DNA from: Candidatus Saccharimonadales bacterium
GTDB taxonomy: Bacteria > Patescibacteriota > Saccharimonadia > Saccharimonadales > EFPC-124
Assembly (NCBI GenBank): GCA_035457345.1
Contig: DATIBT010000032.1
Span: 1 to 58,771, forward strand
Reading direction: 5' to 3'
DNA: 58,771 nucleotides
Shown piece by piece: positions 50,138 to 58,771 of the stretch; position 1 is the stretch's first letter, and every line of letters begins with the position of its first letter. Under the pieces are notes generated by a model, which did no database searches, was not told where the DNA came from, and saw only the letters and a program-made list of their open reading frames with translations. Both the position numbers and the translations under genes were made by a program.

Positions 50138-51987
50138 TTGCTCGCCTCCGCAGGAATACCCATGATGCGCCGCAGGATAGTGTCAGTATCGCGAACCTTG
50201 TGGTCCCAGCTAAACGTAGTTTCAGCTTTTTTACGAGACTGCCTACCCATAGCCGCCGCCTTTGTTGGATGGGAAAGAAGGTACGACACCTTCTCGGCGA
50301 TTGCCTGGCTGTCAGCCGGCGGAATAAGGTAGCCTGTTTCGGCGTCATCGATTATATCTGATATGGCGCCCACATTTGTACCAACAACGGGCAACCCACA
50401 GGCCATAGCCTCAAGCGTAACCAAGGCAAAATTCTCGTTTAGCGAAGGCAATACCAGTACTGTTGCCCCCTGATATGCTCGCCTAAGATCTTCCCCAAAC
50501 AATGCGCCCAAAAAAGTAACGCGGTCTTGCAAGCCTAGGTCTTCCACTTGGCGTTCAAAATCACTGCGCGCCGTGCCATCACCCACAAGAACGAGCTTAA
50601 CGCCTGGGCGATCTGCCGCAATACTCGCGAACGCATCAATAAGATAGGCCAGCCCTTTATGTTTGTCCGATTTATTCATGCTGCCCACGAACAACACCGT
50701 GTCTTTCGCTAGCGTTTTAGCCGGTGTAAAAAATGTGGTGTCGGTTCCCGGAGTGATAGTGCGAGTCTTTATGGCATGCGTCTCCATATGCATGTCTTTT
50801 ACGACACGGGAGGTAGCAATGGTAGCCGTTGCCCTGCGCAGTACAGCCGGCAGAAACCGTGTTTCGTATAAAGCGATAAGCCAATCAAACCGCTTGTCAT
50901 TCTTCTTCATACTTGCCATGTGGTACGTAATAGCCGAAGGAATATGCTTACCCACCATCACTGCAATATCGCCAAACCCAGGCACGGGCGCGTGCGCATT
51001 AATAGCAGCAATGTTATGTTTGGCTATAAATCGCCTGAGGGTCAGTGGCCACAATGGGTTAATGGGCGTGTTGGAAAGCTTAAACCAATACGGCAAGCGG
51101 TACACATGCACTCCTTTGTACAACTCGTGGGTACGAGAAATACCCCGCTCGCCCGTTGTTGCCACCTTAACATCCCAACCGTAATTGTCCTGGAGGCGTT
51201 TTGCTATGTTATAGGCATACTGCTCTTGCCCGCCAAGATGGGGAGGAAAATACGGCGCCACCATAAGTAAGTTCTTTGGTTGCAAGACGGGCAGCTCGCC
51301 ATTCGTGGCGTAGATGACGTCACTGTGGCCCGATATGTAACGAAGTACCTCTTCCAACTTGTCCCAGTCGCCGTGCTGGTCAATCTCCCAGCTATGACCC
51401 CAGAGGTGGAAGATACCACCTTCGCGGCGCAGTTTGTCGAACATAGCTTTTGCCAAGTTCTCCCACTTAAAATAGTGGGGCACCTTAGAAGGATTATAGC
51501 CGGCAAACTTAAAAATCTTGGGAAGGTCCTGATAATGATTATAAGCATTGACCGAGGTGTGGGCCTCAAATACCGAACCATGCAGGTCATTAATATGACG
51601 CTTCACCGTGCGGGCATAACTGAATCCAACCTCTTCGGCCAGACCAGGATGCTGCCGGTTGTATTCACCGCCAGGGTAGCAGAAGCTCACAATTGGCTTG
51701 CCGGTTACCCCTTCTAAGTACTCTTTGGATTCGCGCATTTCGCGCCGAGCTTCGTCGTCAGAGATATCTGGCAGGCGGGGGTGAGTCATGGTATGGGCGC
51801 CAATTTCGAATTCTTTGGACAACGCCCTGACTTCCGCATCTGTCAGCAGATCTTTTTTGGGAAACTCGCGGTCGAACGGCGAGACATAGAAGGTGCCGGG
51901 CAGATTGTACTTGCGTAATAATGCAGCCAAGCGAACATCGAGCTTGTGCCCGTCATCCCAACTTGTCGTTACAATGAGTCGCTTCAT
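50134..51987 (-). CDS. polysaccharide deacetylase (NodB/CE4-like) - GT4 fusion protein
   Basis: The ATG at 51987 forms an ATGA overlap with the upstream gene. The N-terminal 'TTSWDDGH...GAHTMTHP' is a deacetylase domain. The C-terminal 'APYFPPHLGGQE...ENFALVTLEAMACGLPVVGTNVGAISD' is a GT4 domain. Confidence 0.85.
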   Translation of the reverse strand: MKRLIVTTSWDDGHKLDVRLAALLRKYNLPGTFYVSPFDREFPKKDLLTDAEVRALSKEFEIGAHTMTHPRLPDISDDEARREMRESKEYLEGVTGKPIVSFCYPGGEYNRQHPGLAEEVGFSYARTVKRHINDLHGSVFEAHTSVNAYNHYQDLPKIFKFAGYNPSKVPHYFKWENLAKAMFDKLRREGGIFHLWGHSWEIDQHGDWDKLEEVLRYISGHSDVIYATNGELPVLQPKNLLMVAPYFPPHLGGQEQYAYNIAKRLQDNYGWDVKVATTGERGISRTHELYKGVHVYRLPYWFKLSNTPINPLWPLTLRRFIAKHNIAAINAHAPVPGFGDIAVMVGKHIPSAITYHMASMKKNDKRFDWLIALYETRFLPAVLRRATATIATSRVVKDMHMETHAIKTRTITPGTDTTFFTPAKTLAKDTVLFVGSMNKSDKHKGLAYLIDAFASIAADRPGVKLVLVGDGTARSDFERQVEDLGLQDRVTFLGALFGEDLRRAYQGATVLVLPSLNENFALVTLEAMACGLPVVGTNVGAISDIIDDAETGYLIPPADSQAIAEKVSYLLSHPTKAAAMGRQSRKKAETTFSWDHKVRDTDTILRRIMGIPAEASK

Positions 51988-53132
51988 GCCGGTGCAGCCC
52001 CCTGGGTTATATCGTCGTATACCTGTTCGAGCTTGGTTACCACACGCTCCCACGCAAAATGAGTGTTGGCGTAATCGCGGGAATATAAACTCATCGCCTT
52101 GCGTAAATCGTCGTTGCCCAGCACTGCCTTAATAGCGGCGCGGATACTGTGCTCATTTGGCTGATGCAGCATTTTGAAAAGCTGCGGGTCTAGTTGATAG
52201 CGAGCGTAGCCTTCGTCGTGAGCAGTAACAATGGGCAGGCCTGTTGCCATTGCTTCTTGAATTGAGAGCGGAAACCCCTCGCCTTCAGATGGCAGTACGA
52301 ATACGTCGGCAGCGCGGTACAATTTCGCAAGTTCATCTTGAGACAAAATACCCATGACGACGGTGTTGTCATCGGTAAACATATTAGCCTCACCGCCCGC
52401 GAATACGAGTTGGTAACTACTGTCTTTGGCGGCGAGTACTTTATCAAACCCTTTCTTAGGAACAAATCGGCCAACAAAAAGGGCGATGAGCCTATCCGTG
52501 CTTAGGCCAAACTCCCTGCGGAGCGCTTGTTTCTCATTCGCATCTGCCGGATAAAATAATGACGTATCAACGCCGTTTGCCAACGGCACTACCCGCTCTG
52601 GCTGCGCGCCATATGCCAGCACATGCGCTTCTACACGGTCATTCAGGGTAAAAATGGCGTTTGCTACTTTATATACATACGCGCCAATGGTGGCGTGCAC
52701 CAATTTTTGTGCTCGCATAATCCAGGGAGAAGGGTGCTGCACAAGCCCCACATGCTGAGTGAGTACTACCGGCTTGCCTAGTAACCGGGCAATGAACACG
52801 GCTGCCGCACACGATACATACGTGGCATCATGCACATGCACCACATCGGCCTGGGAAATAGCGTGCCATAAGGTGGTAAAAATGCTCGGCGCAAAAATAG
52901 GGTAGGGTGACCCTTTTTCTTCCAAGCCGTTCCAAGCGCGTACCCGGCACACGCGTACGCCGTAAGCGATACCGCTGTGCTCTTCTTCGTCAACTTTGCT
53001 CGTTACCACGGTCACCGAATGTCCCAGCGCTGCCAGCCGTTCTGCCTGTTGCTTTGCAACCATTTCAATACCACCCATGTGGGGCGGATAATAATGAGTC
53101 ACCATAACAATACTCTTGGGAATGGCCGACAT
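51984..53132 (-). CDS. glycosyltransferase family 4
   Basis: 'VTHYYPPHMGGIEMV' and 'PSEGEGFPLSIQEAMATGLPIV'. Confidence 0.9.
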   Translation of the reverse strand: MSAIPKSIVMVTHYYPPHMGGIEMVAKQQAERLAALGHSVTVVTSKVDEEEHSGIAYGVRVCRVRAWNGLEEKGSPYPIFAPSIFTTLWHAISQADVVHVHDATYVSCAAAVFIARLLGKPVVLTQHVGLVQHPSPWIMRAQKLVHATIGAYVYKVANAIFTLNDRVEAHVLAYGAQPERVVPLANGVDTSLFYPADANEKQALRREFGLSTDRLIALFVGRFVPKKGFDKVLAAKDSSYQLVFAGGEANMFTDDNTVVMGILSQDELAKLYRAADVFVLPSEGEGFPLSIQEAMATGLPIVTAHDEGYARYQLDPQLFKMLHQPNEHSIRAAIKAVLGNDDLRKAMSLYSRDYANTHFAWERVVTKLEQVYDDITQGAAPA

Positions 53133-53144
53133 GGCTATCTAAAA

Positions 53145-53873
53145 CTAATCTGCGACCTTGGCCAACTCGCGCACTTTGCGCCGAGGGCGAACCGAACGAA
53201 TTCGCTTAACAAACAACTGCGATGTGGTGCGGATTGGATCGCCAATGCTGCTCAGTTTAACTTCACCGGCACGAACGCGGTACTCAATGGGCAGCTCAGC
53301 GTTGCGGAACCCTTTCAAGTACGCTTCTAATTTAAGTTCCTGTGAGAATGGCATACCTTGCGAGCGCACCTCTAGTTGCGGCCAAATAGAACGCTTAAAG
53401 ACCCACATGCCAGATTGGGAGTCTTTGTACGGCCAATTGTATAGCCACCGTGCAAGCGTGGTTAGGAACCGATTGCCAAACAAGTGCCACTGGCTCATTG
53501 CCTCGGGGTTGAGCATGCTTAAGCGGTCGGTGTTGATAAAATCGAGGTCATCACGCTCCATGCGGTCCAAAATGCCGGGCAGCGCATCGAACGGATACGT
53601 CATGTCAGCGTCGCCAGTGGCAATAATGTCGCCAGTGGCATTCGCAAAGCCGGCTTTATAGGCATTGCCATAGCCGCGGACGGGCTGCACAATAACTCGT
53701 GCGCCGGCTTGGCGGGCAATCTCACCAGTACGGTCAGTAGAACCGTTATCTATAACAAGCACCTCGGTCTCATATCCGGCCGCCCGTAATTTTTCTGTTG
53801 GTATTTGCTGAATGACTGCGCCAATGCCCTGTTCTTCATTGAGCGCGGGGATCACTACACTGATTTTCTTCAT
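53145..53873 (-). CDS. GT2 polyprenyl-phosphate sugar synthase (DPM1/GtrB-like)
   Basis: 242 aa, soluble. GT-A motifs 'ISVVIPALNEE...VLVIDNGSTDRT...GDADMTYP'. Confidence 0.85.
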   Translation of the reverse strand: MKKISVVIPALNEEQGIGAVIQQIPTEKLRAAGYETEVLVIDNGSTDRTGEIARQAGARVIVQPVRGYGNAYKAGFANATGDIIATGDADMTYPFDALPGILDRMERDDLDFINTDRLSMLNPEAMSQWHLFGNRFLTTLARWLYNWPYKDSQSGMWVFKRSIWPQLEVRSQGMPFSQELKLEAYLKGFRNAELPIEYRVRAGEVKLSSIGDPIRTTSQLFVKRIRSVRPRRKVRELAKVAD

Positions 53874-53882
53874 GTATTGGTC

Positions 53883-54356
53883 CTACAACCTTTCTAGCCA
53901 GAAGTGTATACGCTGGCTTTTATTTATTATTTGTACGCTCACTTCACCCCGGGCCGTACCTGCCGGCACCTTGATGCTTTGCGTTATAGCTTGTGATTGG
54001 CCATCTTGCAGAATGACACTGCCATCGGGGGTGGTAACGGTTTGCTTACCATCAGAAAATGTAACCCTATAGGTATACTCCATAGTTTTTGCTTCCCGGT
54101 TGGCAATGACAAACGAGACGGGCAGTTCTTGCTCAGTAACAACCAGTGAGCTAGGCAGTGCCTCGGCGTCTGCGAAGTAAAGCTCGGTCAGTGTTTCGGG
54201 CTGACGGGTAGTGGCAAGGGTTAACTCCCGCTTGGCCTGGCTCGTGTGAGTGACAACATAATACACTCCCCAGATGACGGCAATACCTATCACGCTGGCG
54301 GCAAACCATTTTAATATGTTTGTCGCACGATTATGCAACCTCTCGCTCCTCCGCAT
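53883..54356 (-). CDS. membrane-anchored hypothetical protein (small beta-rich ectodomain)
   Basis: 157 aa with an N-terminal TM 'FAASVIGIAVIWGVYYVV'. It lies in the same operon direction as the GT2 gene. No motif assignable. Confidence 0.55.
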   Translation of the reverse strand: MRRSERLHNRATNILKWFAASVIGIAVIWGVYYVVTHTSQAKRELTLATTRQPETLTELYFADAEALPSSLVVTEQELPVSFVIANREAKTMEYTYRVTFSDGKQTVTTPDGSVILQDGQSQAITQSIKVPAGTARGEVSVQIINKSQRIHFWLERL

Positions 54357-54469
54357 TTACAACAAAAATTCAGGCGGAACCCGCCGATCTATTTCCCCTA
54401 AGGTATAGCATGTTTTGCTAGGAATAGAAAGTACTTATGACAGTAAAATACAAACGAAACGTTACGGCA

Positions 54470-55645
54470 TTAATTATCGAAGAGCCAAAAATCGATTTTT
54501 TTGTTGCTCATGTCGCTAATGAATTCGGTCAGTATCGGTGTTGCTGGTGAATTGAACGGGCGGTTGTCGGCCCAATATGACCAGTTGGTCTCTTCAGATG
54601 TTTTACTTTTATCTTTTGCAAATACATGCACGGCCACATGGTAGCCCTTGGTTTTGAGGACTTCAGCCTGCGTGGCGATGGTATCAAGGATTTCCTTGCG
54701 CTGCTCCGGCGCCATACTCACCATGCGCGCCGGGTCAAGCGCGTATTTTGTACTGTAGGTACCAGTGTTAAACCATACATTTTTTGTCTTTAAAAGGTCG
54801 GCCATTTCGCTCAGCAGGTTCGGATTCAAAAATTCCGCCGCATTATAAATAGTTGCCGTACCACCCTGCGGAGCAGCCCAAGGGAAGCCTTGCAAGCCAG
54901 CATAATTAATGGTACCTGGGGTAACACCCTTTACGTACTGCGCAAGACTTTGGTAGTCGCCATTTTCCCAGTTAAAGTCAGTAGTTTCGTAAGTGGCAGA
55001 GTTAAGCATAATGCTCGTTTCAACCTTGGGGAAATGCTTACGAAGTATGGCTACAAAACGGTTCACGCCGGGCGCGAAGTATTTGGGCTCGTTGTTGCTC
55101 CAATAGGGAAGATTAGCCTCCGGCAGGGGTGTCCAGATACCCATTTGTTGATCTGTTATGCCCAGGCTCTTTATTTTAGAAAAGTACGTATCAAGAAGAG
55201 GATCGTACGCGCCGTTAGCAATGGCCGCAAAATCCAGGTTATTGCCTGCAGCATCGGTAGGTTCGGCAATGACAAGGGGGCGTACGCCGGCTTTCGCAAA
55301 GGCCTTCATCCTGGCCGCAATCTGCTGGGCGGTTTCATCAGCCTCTTGCGGACTAGTGGGCATACCCACAAATGTCATTAGCGTATTGGTAACAAAGGAA
55401 TGACAAGCGTCTTGATAGTAATGGAGCTTTTGTAGCTGGGTATCACCAGCACCATCGAGGCGCTCAATAGCTTGCTTATCGGTGCAGCGGTTAGTCGTAA
55501 CGACGGCTGCTTTTTTAGTGCCACTTAGCTCAGCAAGTGCTTCGAGCGGTTTGTTGCCTGTTAAAAATTGATAGACAACGCCGCCCGAAAACACCATCAG
55601 GCCAAAGAAAATCACATTGATGACAATAATATGTACGCGCTTCAT
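54470..55645 (-). CDS. membrane-anchored extracytoplasmic protein, possible glycan hydrolase
   Basis: 391 aa with an N-terminal TM. It sits immediately downstream of the processive GT2 gene (4-nt gap). The barrel-like alternation of motifs is only weakly reminiscent of GH6, so the family is not assignable by eye. Confidence 0.4.
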   Translation of the reverse strand: MKRVHIIVINVIFFGLMVFSGGVVYQFLTGNKPLEALAELSGTKKAAVVTTNRCTDKQAIERLDGAGDTQLQKLHYYQDACHSFVTNTLMTFVGMPTSPQEADETAQQIAARMKAFAKAGVRPLVIAEPTDAAGNNLDFAAIANGAYDPLLDTYFSKIKSLGITDQQMGIWTPLPEANLPYWSNNEPKYFAPGVNRFVAILRKHFPKVETSIMLNSATYETTDFNWENGDYQSLAQYVKGVTPGTINYAGLQGFPWAAPQGGTATIYNAAEFLNPNLLSEMADLLKTKNVWFNTGTYSTKYALDPARMVSMAPEQRKEILDTIATQAEVLKTKGYHVAVHVFAKDKSKTSEETNWSYWADNRPFNSPATPILTEFISDMSNKKIDFWLFDN

Positions 55646-55648
55646 ATG

Positions 55649-56935
55649 TTAAATTCCCTCACGTTTCCAGTGTTGCCACTCCAGCGCATCACCCCGGACC
55701 ACCATATGCAAGCTCCGAAGCAAAGCAAGGAACTCGACCCACACTACAATATAGAACAATGGCCAGGTAATTGGCCACAAGAAAAGTAGTCGCAGGCGTT
55801 CTTTAAATGACATTTTTACTCCAAACGTGGCTACTACCAGATAGGATATGCCTACGAACAGCATACTGAGCGACAGCGACACAAAATCACTCGACAGCAA
55901 ACTGTACGTAATAAGCAGCGTAGCACCAATTGGCTCAAGCAACAGTTGGATTTCTGACAGCATGGTATAGGGGAGGATAAACCAGCTCAGCGGTTTGTTG
56001 TGGCGCTTATCAAGCGAAAAAAACATGCGGCGGTAGTGCAAAAAGGTATCAAACCGACCTTTCTTCCAGCGAAGGCGCTGATTAATAAGGCCCATGTAGC
56101 TTGCGGCGCCCTCTGTATAACAAATAACGTCTTCAGCAAAAATGGAGCGAAGGCCGTGGAATTTAGTACGCATAGACATTTCGATGTCTTCTGTTTTGTT
56201 CTTTTCGTCGAATAACCCGAAGTATTCAAACGTAGATTTGCGACGGAACGCAGCGCAGGCGCCCCCATAAATATATTCTGCGCCCATCACGCAGTGCGAA
56301 CGCTTAAAGTAAAAACCGAACAAATACTCAAGCTTTTGAATATTACCCACCAGGCGGCCTTTGGTGTTAGCGACACGGACCTGGCCCACGACCGCAGATA
56401 CATGCGGGTCACGGAAATACTCAACCAATTTACTAAGCGCATCAGGCGCGAGTGCCGAGTCGGCATCCATGGTCAGAATAATATCGCCTTTACAGTGTTT
56501 AATGCCGTAATTAAGGGCCGCGCCTTTGCCGCCGTTTGGCTTGTAATAGTGGCGAATGTCGCGGCCGCCCTTGCGGTAGGCAGCGCCGTGGCGGGTAATG
56601 AAATCTTCAACGATCATGCGTGAGTCGTCGGTTGAGCCGTCATTCACTACAACAATCTCTACGTTGCGGTAGCCATTTGCCAGGATCGATTTAATCGTGC
56701 GCATAATGCCGACCTCTTCGTTCCAAGCGGGTACAACCACTGACACGAGCGGCATGTACGGACGGATACGACCGAACTTTTTCTTCTCGCGCCTCAGTAC
56801 TTTTATGCGGCGCAGCTGTTCATGCACAGGAAACCAGGCTGCCAGCATAAGAAACACAAAATACTTAACCAGCATAACGGTAGCCAGTACAATGGTAATG
56901 TTTCTAAAAAAGATAAAAAGCGCTTCGTTGCTCAT
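55649..56935 (-). CDS. processive family-2 glycosyltransferase (PgaC/IcaA/cellulose-chitin synthase-like)
   Basis: 428 aa. N-terminal TM, 'VVPAWNEE', 'VVNDGSTDD', 'TMDADS', 'GGACAAFRR', the Q-x-x-RW motif 'QRLRWKKG', and C-terminal TM helices. Confidence 0.85.
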   Translation of the reverse strand: MSNEALFIFFRNITIVLATVMLVKYFVFLMLAAWFPVHEQLRRIKVLRREKKKFGRIRPYMPLVSVVVPAWNEEVGIMRTIKSILANGYRNVEIVVVNDGSTDDSRMIVEDFITRHGAAYRKGGRDIRHYYKPNGGKGAALNYGIKHCKGDIILTMDADSALAPDALSKLVEYFRDPHVSAVVGQVRVANTKGRLVGNIQKLEYLFGFYFKRSHCVMGAEYIYGGACAAFRRKSTFEYFGLFDEKNKTEDIEMSMRTKFHGLRSIFAEDVICYTEGAASYMGLINQRLRWKKGRFDTFLHYRRMFFSLDKRHNKPLSWFILPYTMLSEIQLLLEPIGATLLITYSLLSSDFVSLSLSMLFVGISYLVVATFGVKMSFKERLRLLFLWPITWPLFYIVVWVEFLALLRSLHMVVRGDALEWQHWKREGI

Positions 56936-57579
56936 TGCGTTACCCCTTGTACCGACAGTATGGTTGCTTCTACGACGGCATCAACGTTACTGGTGGCATC
57001 GTAGCAAAAAATGACAATGCGGCCGGTTTGGCCATTATCTGAAACAACATACTGTTCATAGGCTGGCACTACTTTTGAGCTGCTGACACGGTAAATGTAG
57101 CGCCAATTTTTATCAGTATCCATAAAGATATTCTCACCCGCCGCGGGCAGGGCAGTAGTAGAAATAGTTCGAAAACTAGAACGACAATATAGCACAAGCA
57201 GGCCAATGTTTCCTCGGCGTGGTTCTTTGAGCACAATGCTGTGGAGCGTGTTAGCCCGGGCAAGCCAGCCACCGCTACCATCTGTTATAGGGGCGGTTAT
57301 ATCTAGGCGTAACGCCCGCTCCGGCAGTTTAAGTGTCTGGGGTTTGCCAAAATTACCGAACATTTCGGGAGTTTGGGCGGCGACAGCCTTTGGCAGGTCG
57401 TATCGTTTGCTTAAAGCAGTCAAATTAACAGAATCGAGCGTATGTACAAGCGGCAAGTCTTTATTAAAGATTGACTCATAGCCCGATAGAACCAAAAAAA
57501 GACTAATCAAGCCACAGGCAGTGAGCGTTACCACGCGCCCAATAATAAAAAGGTAATTCTTCGATGTGCGCTTCCTCAC
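56932..57579 (-). CDS. membrane-anchored hypothetical protein, first gene of the synthase operon
   Basis: 215 aa with a GTG start and an N-terminal TM. 4-nt overlap with the GT2 synthase gene. A vaguely sortase-like beta-barrel pattern is present, but there is no TLxTC motif and no downstream Arg. Confidence 0.5.
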   Translation of the reverse strand: MRKRTSKNYLFIIGRVVTLTACGLISLFLVLSGYESIFNKDLPLVHTLDSVNLTALSKRYDLPKAVAAQTPEMFGNFGKPQTLKLPERALRLDITAPITDGSGGWLARANTLHSIVLKEPRRGNIGLLVLYCRSSFRTISTTALPAAGENIFMDTDKNWRYIYRVSSSKVVPAYEQYVVSDNGQTGRIVIFCYDATSNVDAVVEATILSVQGVTQ

Positions 57580-57842
57580 GAACGCCTCTCGTCTTGCAGC
57601 CGCTGGGCGTATCGCCTAAGCAAAAAGGCAATGAACAAGCAAACAAGGTGCACCACAATGACGGCACACAAAAAACCGAGGAACAAGTACCAGACTGAAA
57701 TAAACGGACTTTGGCTCGTGTTGGTTAGTCCTGCCACTAAGCTACCCTTGTTGTTATTTTCCTTATTAAAGTATATTGGAGGGGTAAATTATTGCAACGC
57801 TTTCTTTGAAATTGCGCCAATTTTTATTGTAAGATTAGCCCT

Positions 57843-58745
57843 ATGGAGCAATATATTGCACCGCTTCACATCAATGGCTTGAACGGCCGGATCGCACATA
57901 TGCCGGCGCCAACACAAGGGGCTCCCGAGGTGCTTTTTATTTACGGGCATCACTCAAGCTTAGAAAGATGGTGGGGTATCTTAGCCCTGCTCAATCAGTA
58001 CTGTGCCGTCACCATGCCAGACTTGCCTGGTTTTGGTGGCATGGACAGCCTTTACAAGATTGGTAAACCGGCCACCCTAGATAACCTCGCCGATTATGTT
58101 GCCGATGTCATCCGCCAGCGTTACCAAGACCGCAAAGTCATTATTATTGGCATGAGCCTAGGCTTTGTGATTGTCACACGAATGTTACAGCGCCACCCTG
58201 AATTAACGCTGAACGTGGAAAAGCTGATAAGTCTCTTTGGATTCGCACACACCGATGACTTTGTTATGCCGCCCAAACAGCGCAAGTTCTATCTGCGTGG
58301 CTCGCGGCTCTTCTCACTTCCCCTTACGCACCGTTTGTACCGCGTGGCACTTCTGAACCGCTTTGTGCTGTCGCGAGCGTACCACAAGACGCCCAACGCC
58401 CGCGAAAAGTTCAAACATGCCACGCCAGAAGAGCACAAACGCGCTATGGATTTCGAGATTGGCCTATGGCAAGACAACGACCTGCGTACCTACATGAAAA
58501 CTAGTGCTGAATTTTTAACGCTCGACAACACTCGCGTACGCATTAACCTGCCGGTGTATCATGTGGCGGTCGCACGCGATCGTTACTTCGACAATAGCAG
58601 TGTTCGGAAACACTTCAGTAAAATTTTTAGCAGTTACCATTTACTTGCCGAGCTTCAAAACGGTAGCCACGCACCAACGCGTGTAGCTACCGCTGAAGAA
58701 GCAAAAACCTTAATCCCGGACGAACTACTGAAAGCCGTTATTTAG
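57843..58745 (+). CDS. alpha/beta-fold hydrolase
   Basis: 300 aa. 'VLFIYGHHSS' oxyanion region and nucleophile elbow 'IIGMSLGF' (GxSxG). Confidence 0.75.
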   Translation: MEQYIAPLHINGLNGRIAHMPAPTQGAPEVLFIYGHHSSLERWWGILALLNQYCAVTMPDLPGFGGMDSLYKIGKPATLDNLADYVADVIRQRYQDRKVIIIGMSLGFVIVTRMLQRHPELTLNVEKLISLFGFAHTDDFVMPPKQRKFYLRGSRLFSLPLTHRLYRVALLNRFVLSRAYHKTPNAREKFKHATPEEHKRAMDFEIGLWQDNDLRTYMKTSAEFLTLDNTRVRINLPVYHVAVARDRYFDNSSVRKHFSKIFSSYHLLAELQNGSHAPTRVATAEEAKTLIPDELLKAVI

Positions 58746-58771
58746 AAACGAACGTCAACGCCTTGCCAGAT

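Noticed and set aside
56932-57579. A sortase call for the 215-aa protein, based on its single TM, beta-rich body and a Cys near the C-terminus.
   Set aside because: There is no TLxTC motif, no conserved His context and no Arg after the Cys. No LPXTG substrate is visible in any surface protein of the window.
1-58771. CRISPR arrays, IS elements, integrases, prophage genes, rRNA.
   Set aside because: I found no regularly spaced direct repeats, no DDE/tyrosine/serine recombinase motifs and no rRNA-like conserved strings. Their absence is stated only to the limit of visual inspection.

Overview
58.8-kb window with a roughly 50% GC background. It is tightly packed, with many 1-4 nt start/stop overlaps and several convergent 3' overlaps. 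I could not recognise any rRNA, tRNA, CRISPR array, transposase or integrase. Gene content is that of a reduced, monoderm-type bacterium: secE-nusG-rplKA, rplJL, dnaX, dnaB, ybaB-recR, cysS, a thymidylate/nucleotide salvage block, one giant surface protein and many glycosyltransferases. This is compatible with a CPR/Patescibacteria (Saccharibacteria-like) epibiont, but that assignment is inference only. Layout: 0-5 kb holds a DUF45 hydrolase, an orphan histidine kinase and a membrane GT2. 4.3-7.4 kb holds secE-nusG, an orphan gene and rplK-rplA. 7.4-12.5 kb holds a nucleotide/thymidylate module. 12.5-16.9 kb holds foreign-looking islands, a methyltransferase, a GT4 and a gene-poor spacer. 17.1-18.1 kb holds rplJ-rplL with a leader/attenuator. 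18.3-32.4 kb holds housekeeping genes (M20 peptidase, dnaX, dnaB, GT-C, ybaB, recR, DHH phosphoesterase, cysS, AI-2E permease, beta-lactamase-like hydrolase). 32.3-41.9 kb is a cell-surface locus. 41.9-57.6 kb is a large glycan/exopolysaccharide cluster, followed by an alpha/beta hydrolase. Four things deserve a second look. (1) Five single-gene islands of strikingly high GC3 sit between housekeeping operons; four lie behind near-consensus AT-rich sigma70-type promoters, three of the five are followed by GC-rich U-less hairpins and a fourth by a GC-rich inverted repeat, and two encode lipoproteins. They may be host-derived (actinobacterial-type) acquisitions. (2) The surface locus combines a 1629-aa fibre-like protein carrying a ~320-aa poly-glycine domain, a PKD protein, three paralogous beta-rich secreted proteins and a membrane-anchored DUF916/CscA-like protein. 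(3) The glycan cluster contains fused GT4-GT4 and deacetylase-GT4 enzymes, a 782-aa polytopic protein and a processive GT2 synthase operon. (4) A 38-nt leader element is duplicated in front of both rplK and rplA, and L1 carries a ~95-aa Lys/Glu-rich N-terminal extension. All functional calls come from motif recognition by eye; no database search was run.
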